Assembly (NCBI GenBank): GCA_030704615.1
Contig: CM060733.1
Coordinates: 38,936,001-39,000,000 of the forward strand
Direction: 5' to 3'
From: Takakia lepidozioides
Taxonomy: Eukaryota; Plantae; Bryophyta
DNA length: 64,000 nt
The notes beneath the pieces are model-generated. The model did not search any database and had not been told where the DNA came from. It saw nothing but the letters and a program-made list of their open reading frames with translations. A program made the translations under genes and the position numbers. Below are positions 39,001 to 50,100 of the stretch, one piece after another (position 1 is the first letter of the stretch; each line of letters begins with the position of its first letter).

Positions 39001-39578
39001 ACTCACAATGTGCACCTCCTCCACGTGACACTATAAGGCTCTAGTACTAATCTTATAGTGACACGGGTAGGCACCTGTTGTAGTCTAAGGGTCATATCCC
39101 AATGGCTCAGGGCACCTGCACCTGCATCCACCGCAAGAACTCCTATGGTTGGCTGGTCATCAACCCAACCTCACCATAGAAGAAACACTGGTGGTCTTGC
39201 TGGTCATCACTCTAGCCTCACCACCGACAGCATACTCTAGGATTGACCGGTGATCAAATCTGACCTAATCCCTATGAAAGCAAGCGCCCACACAAAACCA
39301 ACATGACGCACAGTCAAGCATGCAGGTGTTGGGGGGATCCAAACACAAGAAATCAAAACATCAACACCCCCACACCAAAATCCAGCTGCAATGCTGATCC
39401 TGCAGAATATCCCAGCCCAAAACCCCGGACTGACTGGCCTCCACAAAGAGAGCCTTTGGCAACTACGAGTACAAGGTAATGAAAATAGTACAGAGATGGA
39501 GGGGAAGAATAAAAGCCCGCCCAAGCAAGATCTAATCCTGATCTATGCTATCAACTTCCAGACTTCTCTCAAAGTGCC

Positions 39579-40190
39579 TCACTCTACTTGATGGTAAGGT
39601 GTAGGAGGTATATCTATGTCCAGAAACCTGCCACTAACCTTGTCCCAAGCTACAGTAGCTTGCTCTAACCAACCCTCCTCCTCTTTCTGCCAGGTAGAGA
39701 CAAAGCAACACTCTGCTATCTCCCGCTCACTGAACACTAAAGAAAACAAAGGTAGGGTCTGATAGTCTCTCAACTCGAAAGCTTTGAGACCGTTGCGGGT
39801 GTCCTCATTGCGAATGATTGCATCTCCTTCAAACAGAACAAACTTGTCCTCGCTAATGAACCCCCGCTCGTGGTTGCCTTGTGCAGAGCGTGTCCGGCTG
39901 CAACGCTGTCTGATTGCACAAACTTGTGTAGCTCCTGCTCCTCTACTCCAGTACACCACGGCCTTGTGGCTGAACACCTTGGTCCCCGGGGCTGTCTTTG
40001 GCTGTGTTCCAAGCCTAGCTTTCACCCACTTTGGTATTTCACCTACAGCTGCAGAACTGCTGGCTCCAACAGAGTTCTGACTGTCCAAAGCGCTATTGAG
40101 GCCCTCAACGCCAACTACAGCAGACTGTTGTCTACTGCTAATGCCTGACTCCCAGTATGCAATCAACTCGTCTAACTGTTCTCCACTCAA
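39579..40190 (-). CDS. Uncharacterised ~203-aa extra ORF upstream of gag
   Basis: Open ORF on the element's sense strand between the LTR and gag; no motif recognised. Confidence 0.45.
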   Translation of the reverse strand: MSGEQLDELIAYWESGISSRQQSAVVGVEGLNSALDSQNSVGASSSAAVGEIPKWVKARLGTQPKTAPGTKVFSHKAVVYWSRGAGATQVCAIRQRCSRTRSAQGNHERGFISEDKFVLFEGDAIIRNEDTRNGLKAFELRDYQTLPLFSLVFSEREIAECCFVSTWQKEEEGWLEQATVAWDKVSGRFLDIDIPPTPYHQVE

Positions 40191-40729
40191 ATCAGTCTGA
40201 GTTTAGGGAAAAAACATCATCTTCTCCCCTTGTGTGCACAGGCTAAGAGATGAGACCTGCCCTTCAATTACGTCCTCATTTCCCCCAGCCATACAAGGAG
40301 TACATCCCCAGATTTATCTCTCATGTAGACCAGAACAGGTTCTAGAAACAGGATTGTGGATCTTTCATGGCACACTCACACTCTAAAAATTCCATAGATT
40401 TTTAGCAGAGTCCCAAAAACAAAAACCAGGTCTAGATAGGTAGATATCCCTTCTGCAGCTATCCCCCCAAAAACTGAGTCAAACGGAGCCCATTTGACAA
40501 AGATATGACCAACCAGGCTCTTTAAACATAACACATTTTATTTTATTTATTTATTTTTTAAATAAGACAACAAATACAAAGAAAACTTTTTTAAAATAAA
40601 AATAAAAATACTTGTCTTGGTTCCTGTTCCCTGGTTATCTACAGGTTCCCAAACATGTTCATGTAGTTCTCACAGTCTGGATTCACCCCTCCTCTCGTTC
40701 TGTGCTCTTATGCTGTGGCAGTGCGTGGG

Positions 40730-40915
40730 ATGTGAAGGTCGGTGATGCGGGTCTTGGCCTTTCTGTCAAGGAGAACCTGAGAAGGCTTCAGATCAGTACA
40801 CCCTGTGCTCCGGGCACTCAGGATGCAGGTACGCCAACGCGCGTTTGTTACACCGATGGCAACGTTGAGTCGATCCCTTCAGCTCATATCCCGCTCATAC
40901 ACCAAGTGTCACCTG
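40730..40915 (-). pseudogene. Receptor-like kinase domain fragment
   Basis: TLVYE…DRLNVAIGV…LAYLHPEC…DLKPSQVLLDRKAKTRITD, read across frameshifts (RLK subdomains V-VII). Confidence 0.65.
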
Positions 40916-41183
40916 GTGAATTCACAGTCTCCCACTCTCATGCTTTCCTGCAACAAACACGACCTTGAGGTTCAATCCTCCAAAACCTGAGGATCGCCAG
41001 CCTGTGAGGTTGACACTGTCAGAAAGCGCCCCTCCCTTCCAGCAAATGGCCTAAGATCTGGTGACCTCGTCAATCCTCCCCTGGACTGCTCTTGCTTGGC
41101 CTTTCTCACAGCTGCCTGCACCTGTCACTGTGTTTCTGCCTGACATTTGACTACCCTCCCAAGAATGTAGAAGTCCCTGCGGC

Positions 41184-41513
41184 AGTCAGGCTTTGCCCTG
41201 GTGTCACCTTCACCTCCCCACCTTTCTTCATGGCTTCAATCACCTCTTTAAACTGCTCGTAGTTATGGACAGCCCCAACAGGCTGAATGTGGTTAGTAAT
41301 GGGGGGTGTTTTCTGGGTAGTGTGATGCTCAAGGTCTTGCTTTGGGGAGCCTTGACTATTGATCGGGTTGCTGGTGCGGTCGTGACGGAATTCCGCCTGG
41401 GAGGTGGACGTGGGCTGACCGTTGCATGTGGCTGTCGAAGAAAAGGAATTGGTCCGTGAGAAGCCTTGGAAGAAGCCGGTCTTACTTGCTGCACCAATAC
41501 AAGTATTGCCCAT
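41184..41513 (-). pseudogene. Calcium-dependent protein kinase (CDPK) N-terminal fragment
   Basis: MGNTCIG acylation-type start and …EQFKEVIEAMKKG…PGQSLT, breaking off just before the kinase domain. Confidence 0.7.
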
Positions 41514-42621
41514 TTAATGTCCTCTCTTTTCCATCTCTCCCCACCTTAGCTCCCGGAAGAACTGTCCCCCAGTCTGTATGTCTTCTCTCCTTCTGTGCGT
41601 TAGCCTACACGGTTTTTTACGCACGGGGAAGCAACCAACTGCACACTGCAGACTCTTTAAGAGAGAACGGACTAACAGGCAAAAAACTCAAGCCCGTGAC
41701 GTTCTTCCTAGAGAAGCGACCCTGCCACCCATTCGCCAACACCAGGTCTTCTGCAAAGTAGCATAAGGACGGACACTAGATGCCACAACAACTGTACTCA
41801 GCATTGGGCATGAGTTCCGCCTTCAGCAACACGGAGACTCTTATCTCTCCAGCGTACTCCAATACCATCGCTCCGACATCCACAGCCACTGCCTTTGCGC
41901 AGTCAAACACGGAAATTTCCCTCTACAAAACCTGCTCATCAGTGCATCTTCTCACGCTTCCCCGTCGTACACACGCCCCGGTCACACAAGAGAGGCTTCG
42001 CAGGAGCTTCCTCCCGTCCGCCATCTCACTTGCGTGGTATGAACAAGACAACTGGTGCTGGCTGGTCTACAGTCTATTTCCTAAGTAGACACTGCTCATC
42101 CACACATGCCTGCTCGGGCACACCCTGCAAGACTTCGGAGCGAATCCCCTCGCGCAACAGTTCGGGATTTGACTAACACGTCGGTGCAGCAACAGCCGCC
42201 TGGCACCTTCAGTTATCAGAGGATTGCGACATAGCCTGTTGTGTAAACCGAGCACACAACCCAGTTGACTAGCATCTCAACCCCAGCCTTTCCCTCTCAG
42301 TGGAGCCTCCCTGACAAATGGGAGCACATGACGCGGTTACAGAGTTCGTCTCCATGCGCGCAGGCTGCAGTGTGAAGAAGCTTGAAAGTGGCAGGCAGCC
42401 ATGGCCGAGCTGCTGCCGTGCTTCAACCACTCTACCTATACCCCCCGAGTCCCACCATTGCGACTGAGGATGTGAGACGAACTCCAGCTAGCGCCGTTCT
42501 ATGCTCATTGCTTGAGCTGTGTACAAGACCATGACCATCTATATTATAATAGTGCTTAAAAAAACAAAAACATCATATCTAGCTTAGCACTGAAAACTAG
42601 ATAGAGCTCATCTCTCTCGAG

Positions 42622-42972
42622 TGATAAGAAAACCAAAGAACACACTGTTGACACAAAACATGAAAACCAAAACCATCACTCTTTGAAATAGTAGTCGAGC
42701 CAGGGGCACCCCAAGCTATGGGGACTCCACCCCACAACAACCTACACTCCCATCATGAGTACACTCAGATCTAAACGCATGCAGGAGCTCGGTCGCGCAG
42801 GCTCAACTCGAGAGAGATGAGCTACGCGACTGCCGCTCTCGTGAAGATAAGGCCGTTCAGGTGTCAAACTAAACTTGATACCTGATTTAACACTTGACCT
42901 AAATCCAAGTGTTAAATACAAATAACTAGCTTTATTCTAGTTCTTTTCACACTGTGCTTATTTAACTTGACA
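42622..42972 (-). repeat. 5' LTR (repeat A1) of the DNMT-gypsy
   Basis: TGTCAAG…TTATCA, homologous to 3645-3997. It interrupts the MULE-2 transposase after PNVPMEG. Confidence 0.88.
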
Positions 42973-44990
42973 CCTTCCATGGGAACATTGGGGTCTTGCC
43001 CGTACACCCTTCGGATGGCAGCCCAATTTGCTTGTGCGTTGTCCGCCATGAAACCACGGAAATTCGGAGGGGGCAATCCCGCCTTGGCCATCTGTTCGTT
43101 TATTCCCTGCCAAAGAAGCATCTCCGATTGTGTGTCCTCTCCTTTCATCTCACAAATAGCAATTGTCATTAGCATCCTGCAGTGGGTGTCGTAGACATGT
43201 GCACCCATTGTCACCCACTGGTGATTTGTAATTCGCTTGATATGGTCGAACATGACCCAACTGTTTGACAAGTCCCCACTCGTCATCCTGTCGACCAGTT
43301 CGACGCCGCTGCCAGGTCCACACGTGGACATTTTGAATACGAAACAACGATCTGCCTCAGTCCCTTGTCCTGGAAACCTACTTCCATGAATGTAGTCATA
43401 TCCACATCGTCGCTTCACCTCTAGAATGGAGTGCATATCCGAGCCACGCCCAATTTTCTGTTTGCATGAGACAATGTGGTTTCGGACATTCGGTGAACAT
43501 ACGTGGGACACCCACTCCAGCAATGCCTCCATTTCCTTCTCGTCGAGAGGAACTCTATCGGAGCCGTCTTCCGACATAATTCTGGCCAATGCCATCTTAT
43601 GGGCGGCTTGGAGCTGTATCTGTTTGGGTTTGGCACCCGGTCTCAACTTAACCTCCTCCTGAACGAGCTGCTCTGCTTCGTGGGCAGCCTCCCGCGAGTT
43701 CCCTCTCGCCAATTTGTGACAATGGGAACCAACGTGTATGCAAGCTCGGGTGAGGTCAGGGAAACGGTGCAACACATAGAACTGCTTGGCATTACAAACA
43801 GACATGCAGTGTGGTGGTTCTTTGCAATGCGCACACTTAAATGTGGAGTTCGGAACCTTCTCCTGAGCTCGAAATGGTTGATGAGCTGTGCCTATCCAAT
43901 CGGTCTCGTTCCTGTGACCCATGGATTTAAAGTGGAAGCAGGTTGGGGAGAAACACCGCAACGCGCCCGCACAAACAACGTAGCGCACCCGCACACCATT
44001 GAGCATCTTCATGTTGGTGGTTTTGGTAACGCACCAAGGATGACCGTCATGTTTTCTATCCATATCTGTCAACATTCCGGACGCCCTCGAGTAGTCCGCC
44101 CGAGGAGGGAACTCAAAGAAGATATTACCGTCGACGTCGGCGGGAAGGCATGTAACCGATTTAATTGCGAACTTGTTGTAGTCCAGCCCGGCCAGCTCCG
44201 ACCGGTGTCCCTCCAGGTGAAGCCCTCGCATAATTTCAAGAATAGATCGAACTGCGGTGCTCATGCTGGGAATATGACTCCCTCCTCCACTGACGTCCAT
44301 TGAGGACTTGCCTGATTTCTAGGATGACCTCGGAACTTCCATGACCTCGTCTGAGTCGGACAGGTTGTGAACAACCCGGTTCTCGCTCGTCTTCATGGAT
44401 GGGTTCGGCTCTGGATTTACTTCGTTGCGGACTTCTCTCTTTGAGGTAGCCACTCTCTGATTCGCGGATTGTTTCGTGGAAGGCGCCAGGATAGAAGGTG
44501 CATTTGGCGGGCAAATGAAGTCCCCAACAGCCCTGTATATGACGTTGTCCGATGGTGGAACTCGCCATTCCCTGCCATCGCCGAAATCATCGTGGAGCAC
44601 AACAATACTCTCGACAACAAGGCCGTTTGAGTCCTTCCTTTCCTCCTCCAAAAAAACTGACCCCGGTTTCAGGTGGTATCGAACGCACATATATTTCTCC
44701 ATCACCCGGCAGATGTCCCCTCTGCACGGAAATGAAGCTCTATGCTCGTGAGGAGGGCAGTACACTGTAGCGCTCGGGTTTTCCACCATGGGAGATGTGC
44801 ACACAAGACTGCCAGGATGGCGTGCGGGGAAGCTCCCTGGTAGAAGGGGGATGCAGCGATGGGAAGGAATGTGGTGCCGATTTGTCCGAGCGACAAAGCC
44901 TGATCCAAATCCAAGGAACCAACTATCTCAAAAATCCACAGTCAGAGTGTTAATGAACCTTGTCTCCGGAATGCGGCTCCTGGTCTTTGC
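42973..44990 (-). pseudogene. MULE transposase N-terminal half (GCM-like domain, D1, D2), truncated by LTR insertion
   Basis: 462-aa and 161-aa ORFs in the same frame, strongly similar to MULE-1 (MDRKHDGHPWCVTKT, WVMFDHIKRITNHQ, GFMADNAQANWAA). Confidence 0.9.
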
Positions 44991-45034
44991 GCAATAACTG
45001 CCAACGGTATGCAGTCAGAAAGTGAGGGGCCGTC

Positions 45035-46270
45035 CGGATGATGACGGCTGAAGGGGAGAAGCCGGCACCGTGCCGTCACATTACTACCCCCGAATGGAAA
45101 TTCGGCACCCAATATCCAAAAGGGGCCACACGGATGAAGTCGTCTGGGGCAGAGATGCCGGCACCTGTCCGACAGAGAACATCCCCCGGACGGAAATTCA
45201 GCGTCGAATTTCCATTCGGATCCCCCCAAAGGAAGTCCTGTCGGGGGGTCAGGCCGAAAACTGGCCGACATAAGAACCTACGGGGATGGAAAAACGGCGC
45301 CGAATTTCCATCCGAGGCCTTTCGGATGCAGTCGGCTCGGGGGAAAGGCCGCCATCTGGCCCTCACATTACAACCCCCGGACGGAAATTCGGCACCGAAT
45401 ATACAACAGGGGAAGCCCGGATGAAGTCGCCTCGGGCGCAGAGGCCGGCACGTGTGCGACTGATAACATCCCCTAGATGGAGATTCGGCGCCGAATTTCC
45501 ATCCGGGCCCCCCCAAAGGAAGTCGTGTCGGGGGGTCAGATGGAAAAACGGCGCCGAATTTCAATCCGGGGCCGTTCCAATGCAGTCGGGGAGGGGGGAG
45601 AGGCCGGCACCTGGCCGTCATATTTCAACCCCCGGACGGAAATTCGGCACCGAATATCCAACAGAGCGGCGGAGAGGCCGGCACCTCTCCGACAGAGACC
45701 ATCCCCCGGATGGAAATTCGGCGCCGAATTTCCATCGGGGCCCCCTCAAAGGAAGTCGTAAAAACCTACCCAGATGGAAAAACGGCGCCAAATTTCCATC
45801 CGGGGCCGTTCCAATGCAGTCGGGGAGGGGGGAGAGGCCGGCACCTGGCCGTCATATTTCAACCCCCGGATGGAAATTCGGCACCGAATATCCAACAGAG
45901 CGGCGGAGAGGCCGGCACCTCTCCGACAGAGACCATCCCCCGGATGGAAATTCGGCGCCGAATTTCCATCGGGGCCCCCTCAAAGGAAGTCGTAAAAACC
46001 TCCCCAGATGGAAAAACGGCGCCGAATTTCCATCCGAGGCCGTTCCAATGCAGTCGGGGAGGGGGGAGAGGCCGGCACCTGGCCGTCATATTTCAACCCC
46101 CGGACGGAATTTCGGCACCGAATATCCAACAGAGCGGCGGAGAGGCCGGCACCTCTCCGACAGAGACCATCCCCCGGATGGAAATTCGGCGCCGAATTTC
46201 CATCAGGGCCCCCTCAAAGGAAGTCGCAGAAACCTCCCAGAATGGAAAAACGGCGCCGAATTTGCGTCCG
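45035..46270. repeat. Tandem array: three near-identical 234-bp units (starting 45542, 45776, 46010) plus degenerate upstream units, each with three palindrome variants
   Basis: ggaaaaacggcgcc recurs at 45542, 45776, 46010 and 46244. Confidence 0.93.
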
Positions 46271-46384
46271 AGGCTGTTCCGATTTGCCTCTAGCAGTGAA
46301 GGATTCCAAGAAAAATCTGAAAAATCAATCGAACACGCTCAGAATTACCTGCAGGAAGGTAATTCAGCGCTTCGAAATTCCTAG

Positions 46385-46990
46385 CGAATGGAAATCCGGC
46401 GCCGAATTTCCATCCATCCGGGACTCCACTTACCTGCTGGATGGAAATTCGTCGCCGGATTTCCATCCATCCAGGACTCCACTTACCTGCTGGATGGAAA
46501 TTCGGCGCCGGATTTCCATCCATCCGGGATTCCACTTACCTGCTGGATGGAAATTCGGTGCCGGATCTCCATCCATCGACTCTCCGCCCAACCTTGCGGA
46601 TGGAAATCCGGCGCCGGATTTCCATCCATCCGCCTCCGAATTACCTGCTTGAGGGAAATTTTGCGCGCCGCCCTACCTGCGCGGATGGAAATCCGGCGCC
46701 GGATTTCCATCCATCCGCTTCTGAATTACCTGCGTGAGAGAAATTTGGCGCGCCGCCCTACCTGCGCGGATGGAAATCCGGCGCCGGATTTCCATCCATC
46801 CGCTTCCGAATTACCTGCGTGAGGGAAATTTCGCGCGCCGCCCTACCTTGCAGGATGGAAATTCGGCGCAGAATTTCCATCCTGCTGCGCTCCGAATTAC
46901 CTGCAGGATGGAAATCCGGCGCCGGATTTCCATCCTGCAGCGCTCCGAATTACCTCTACGTTGGAAATTCCGGGCCTCTTTCCGTCGATT
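46385..46990. repeat. Array of ~30-bp palindromes GGATGGAAATCCGGCGCCGGATTTCCATCC (52- and 85-bp periods)
   Basis: Perfect copies at ~46598, 46683 and 46768. Bases 46901-46940 form a perfect 40-bp palindrome. Confidence 0.93.
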
Positions 46991-47190
46991 TTCATCCGAC
47001 ATGGAGGGCTTCATCCGACATTTAATTGCGCAGTTGGGCAATAAATGTCCACAGCCGTCGGTTTCATTCAGGCTGGCGACACATGGCTTCCTGGATACGT
47101 ACCCTAAATCTCATGCTAATCTTGGATTAACATGCTATTCGAGGCATGTACCCCAAAAACGGAGATCTTTTTCCATTTTGGCTGGGACTT

Positions 47191-50100
47191 ATGCCGCCTG
47201 AAGGGCGTGGCTCTCCTGAGAGAGACCTCACATCCAGACCGCGGCGGAAGTTGAAAGCTCTGTACTACGGACGACGGCCAATCTCTCGCATGGCCAAACT
47301 GAAGCTCCAGCAGGAGATTCCAGTGTCTTGCTCACAACCCGCGCCAACTGAAGCCGAGTACTCTCAGGCAAGCCACTTCTGCTTTCGCTTTGTTCGATTT
47401 ATTTTTTGCTTTCGCTTTGTTGCCTCGCTTTGTTTTTGCATCTTCATCCTGGCTTCGCTGGATGAGTGAACCTTAGATAGTTGAGTGAACCTTAGATTGT
47501 TTGCAATGCGTGTGCAAATCCGACAGCTCTGGAGAAGGCTGCTTGTGCATGTCATTCTCAGGCAATGGTTGCATTTGTTTTCATTGTTGTTGCATGGCTC
47601 TCCATACTTCCTAAACTTGTTATGTTTTCATTTTTGTTACACGATTGTTGCTATGGTGGTTGCGCTGCTCGTTGCGATGCTGGTTTTGCACCGATGTTGG
47701 TTCTCACGATTTTTGGGAATGACAGAGTGACGACGAGCCCGGTACGCTGGTGGTATCATCGACAGCTCCAACTCGTCACATGTTTGAATCGCCCAACTTG
47801 GGGCGAGAGGGCAAACTTAAACCTTTTGTTGGTGGACGGGAGGACTTGCAACGAGAGTACGACAGAATAGGCATTGGGGAGGTTGGTGCAGGCGGCATGG
47901 CAGGTGAAGGGCGTGAGGACATGAGGACAGCAGATCCGGCAATGGAGGTTGTTGATGCACATGCAGTAGGGCCCGCCCATGCAAAGAAAAAGAAGAAAGC
48001 TAAGCACATGCAATCCCCGGCGAGAGAGCCGTCACGGGCTGCGGAGGGGGGAGTGAGCAGTGCGCGCGAGGGTGTCAGTTCGCCTCAATCAAAGGTGGTC
48101 GTCCATCCGGGCTCCCCTGCTGCTAGCCCTAGTAAGAAACAGAAAGCCCGTGAGAGGGCAAAAGAGAGGGCAAAAGAACAGACGAGACAGAATGCTAGCC
48201 AGGAGGAAAGAGAAAAGGCCACTGAAGAGGCCAGGGGTGCCCAAATGACAGATGTCAATGTAAGCGAGGGACGCACAGAGACGGTGGATCCCTCCAAGAC
48301 ACCACAGAGAGGCAGTAACACACCGGTTAGACCATCGCGGGCAAGAGCAGCCCCTGCAATTACCCATACGGTGGAGAGTGGAGGAGAGGAAAGAACACCA
48401 GAAAGAGCACGGATTGTGCAAGTTCGAGGTGAAGCCAGGGAGAGGGCAGTAGAGACGGAGAGAGTATTGGAGGTGGTTTCGCAGGTGGCTGACCCTGTTG
48501 AGGAGGACGACAGGGAGCTTTCTGACCAGGATGACATCCTTCCGGACATCCCCAGGCCCCAAACCCGGAGCATACAGGCTGGATTTGGCGGTCCTGGTGG
48601 GCTGCCGGAAAACCCCTCTGCAGCAGACGTCATGTCTGAGGCGGATATGAAGTTGGCCGCTGCCAAGATGTTGGAGGCAACCCACAGCAACATTGGCAGG
48701 GTGCTGGGGGGCATGGTGTACCCGGCCAAGCTTCGAATTCCCCTTTGCCGCTTGGTGTCATTGCAGGTGGTGAGACCTGCCCTCCCAGGCGATATCGACA
48801 AGCTGAAATTCTCTTTCCGGGATGGATATCGAATGGGGTCTGCCGCGTTTTACGTTTCCATTGAGAACGACCACGGAGCTTCCCGTGCCCACACTTCCGA
48901 TGAGGTGGACAAATGGGGTCCCCATTGGCAAACGCAAAATGAGGAGTTCAAGAGATCGATTGCTAGTGATCCTCTTTTCCAGCACTTGTCCGGTAAGATG
49001 TTCTACGCGTGGGACGGCAATCATCGCCTCCTGGCATGGATGGAGCACATTGCCCAAGCCCACCCCAACGACCTCGATTGGCATTTCGCCGTGGATTGTG
49101 TTGTGCTGAAGGTTGCGGGGCCCAAAGATCGCAGTCTTCTCAAAGCTGCAATGGTCGACATCAACTTGTAAGCTACAACGCCTCTCGCTTTTGGACTTTG
49201 AATTTGGAAGTCATTTCATTGCGAATCCTCATATATGATGAAAATTCCCATTTCAGTATTGTTTGATGGAAATGTGGCACTGCGGGATGACTGAGAATGC
49301 CTTCATTGCCACCAACTTGTCCCATATGCTCTTCCGAGTGAAGGATGTCGGGAAGCAGGGGGTGCAAGAGTTTGCCAATTCCCTCAGTGCCGACCTCCTA
49401 CGCAAGTCGGAGGCAAAGGCAGACAGAACCTGGTATAGGCTGAGCGTCGACGCCATGGTGGACTACATATTTCGGGTAAAGCTCCTGACAGTTTTGTTGA
49501 GCTAATCTGTCTCTCCTCCCCCAATAGAAGAAAAGGTCTTCACCGTGATTTCTAATCTCCTCCCCCAATAGAAGAAATTGTGTTGAGCAGGATCTCTAAT
49601 CTTATGTGCGCATTCTTGACAGACGAAAATACAGCAGGATTTGGCACATGCGCGGAGGTTCTACATGGAGTCAGAGGAGAAGAATCCAACCCTCCCGGAA
49701 CTCGAATCGTATGTCAAAGCTGCGGAGGTGGGGCCCGCATAAAGTACAAGTCGCGGATGGTAAAGTACGTGGCCATAGCTGATCTCGCCCTTGGTGCCGA
49801 CTTTCTGGTGGAGGTGGGGAAGCACTACTCTCGCGCTCTAAAGCCCACGATGACATTGGAGAAGCTCCATCGTCTAGCCACATCCTGTGTGGATGCAACA
49901 GAAAAGGTGATACATTCTTAACCAAATTGTGGTGGCAACAACTCCTTTTTGTGGTGTTTGGCGCTTACGAATATGCTGGGTGGTTGGACAGACCCGGTGG
50001 CTCCAAATCTGGAATGGTTCCCAAAGTACCAGGGACATGTGGAGCTTCCCCAAACCGGACAAACTCTCTGACCCCACATTCGACATGTGGATGAACCGCA

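Larger units (their letters stand above)
34649..42972 (-). mobile_element. Ty3/gypsy retrotransposon with a cytosine-5 DNA methyltransferase: 5' LTR A1, long leader with host-gene fragments, extra ORF, gag, protease, DNMT; cut just before RT
   Basis: A1 at 42972-42622 (TG…CA); gag from 39024 with knuckles CWTCGGPHVKRDC and CGHCGKYGHGDAQC; protease RVLLDSGAQ (~36790); DNMT motifs; then sequence colinear with window 1-330. Confidence 0.9.

Noticed and set aside
42536-42600. Helitron 5' end (a|TCTATATTATAA) as the carrier of the kinase fragments
   Set aside because: It points away from the fragments, and no matching hairpin + CTRR|T 3' end was found.
28125-42972. Single full-length DNMT-gypsy insertion from 42972 to 28125
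   Set aside because: Flanks give no TSD (…tagagg versus ccttcc…) and the MULE-2 transposase does not resume left of 28125.
46385-46990. CRISPR-like array (palindromic ~30-bp repeats with spacers)
   Set aside because: The spacers are themselves repeated, no cas genes are present, and the context is a eukaryotic TE. The same applies to 50.5-51.3 kb and 29.0-29.8 kb.
45076-47201. Long ORFs (335, 224, 214 aa etc.) over the repeat arrays
   Set aside because: Artefacts of GC-rich tandem palindromes; open on both strands with repeated MEIRRRISI.
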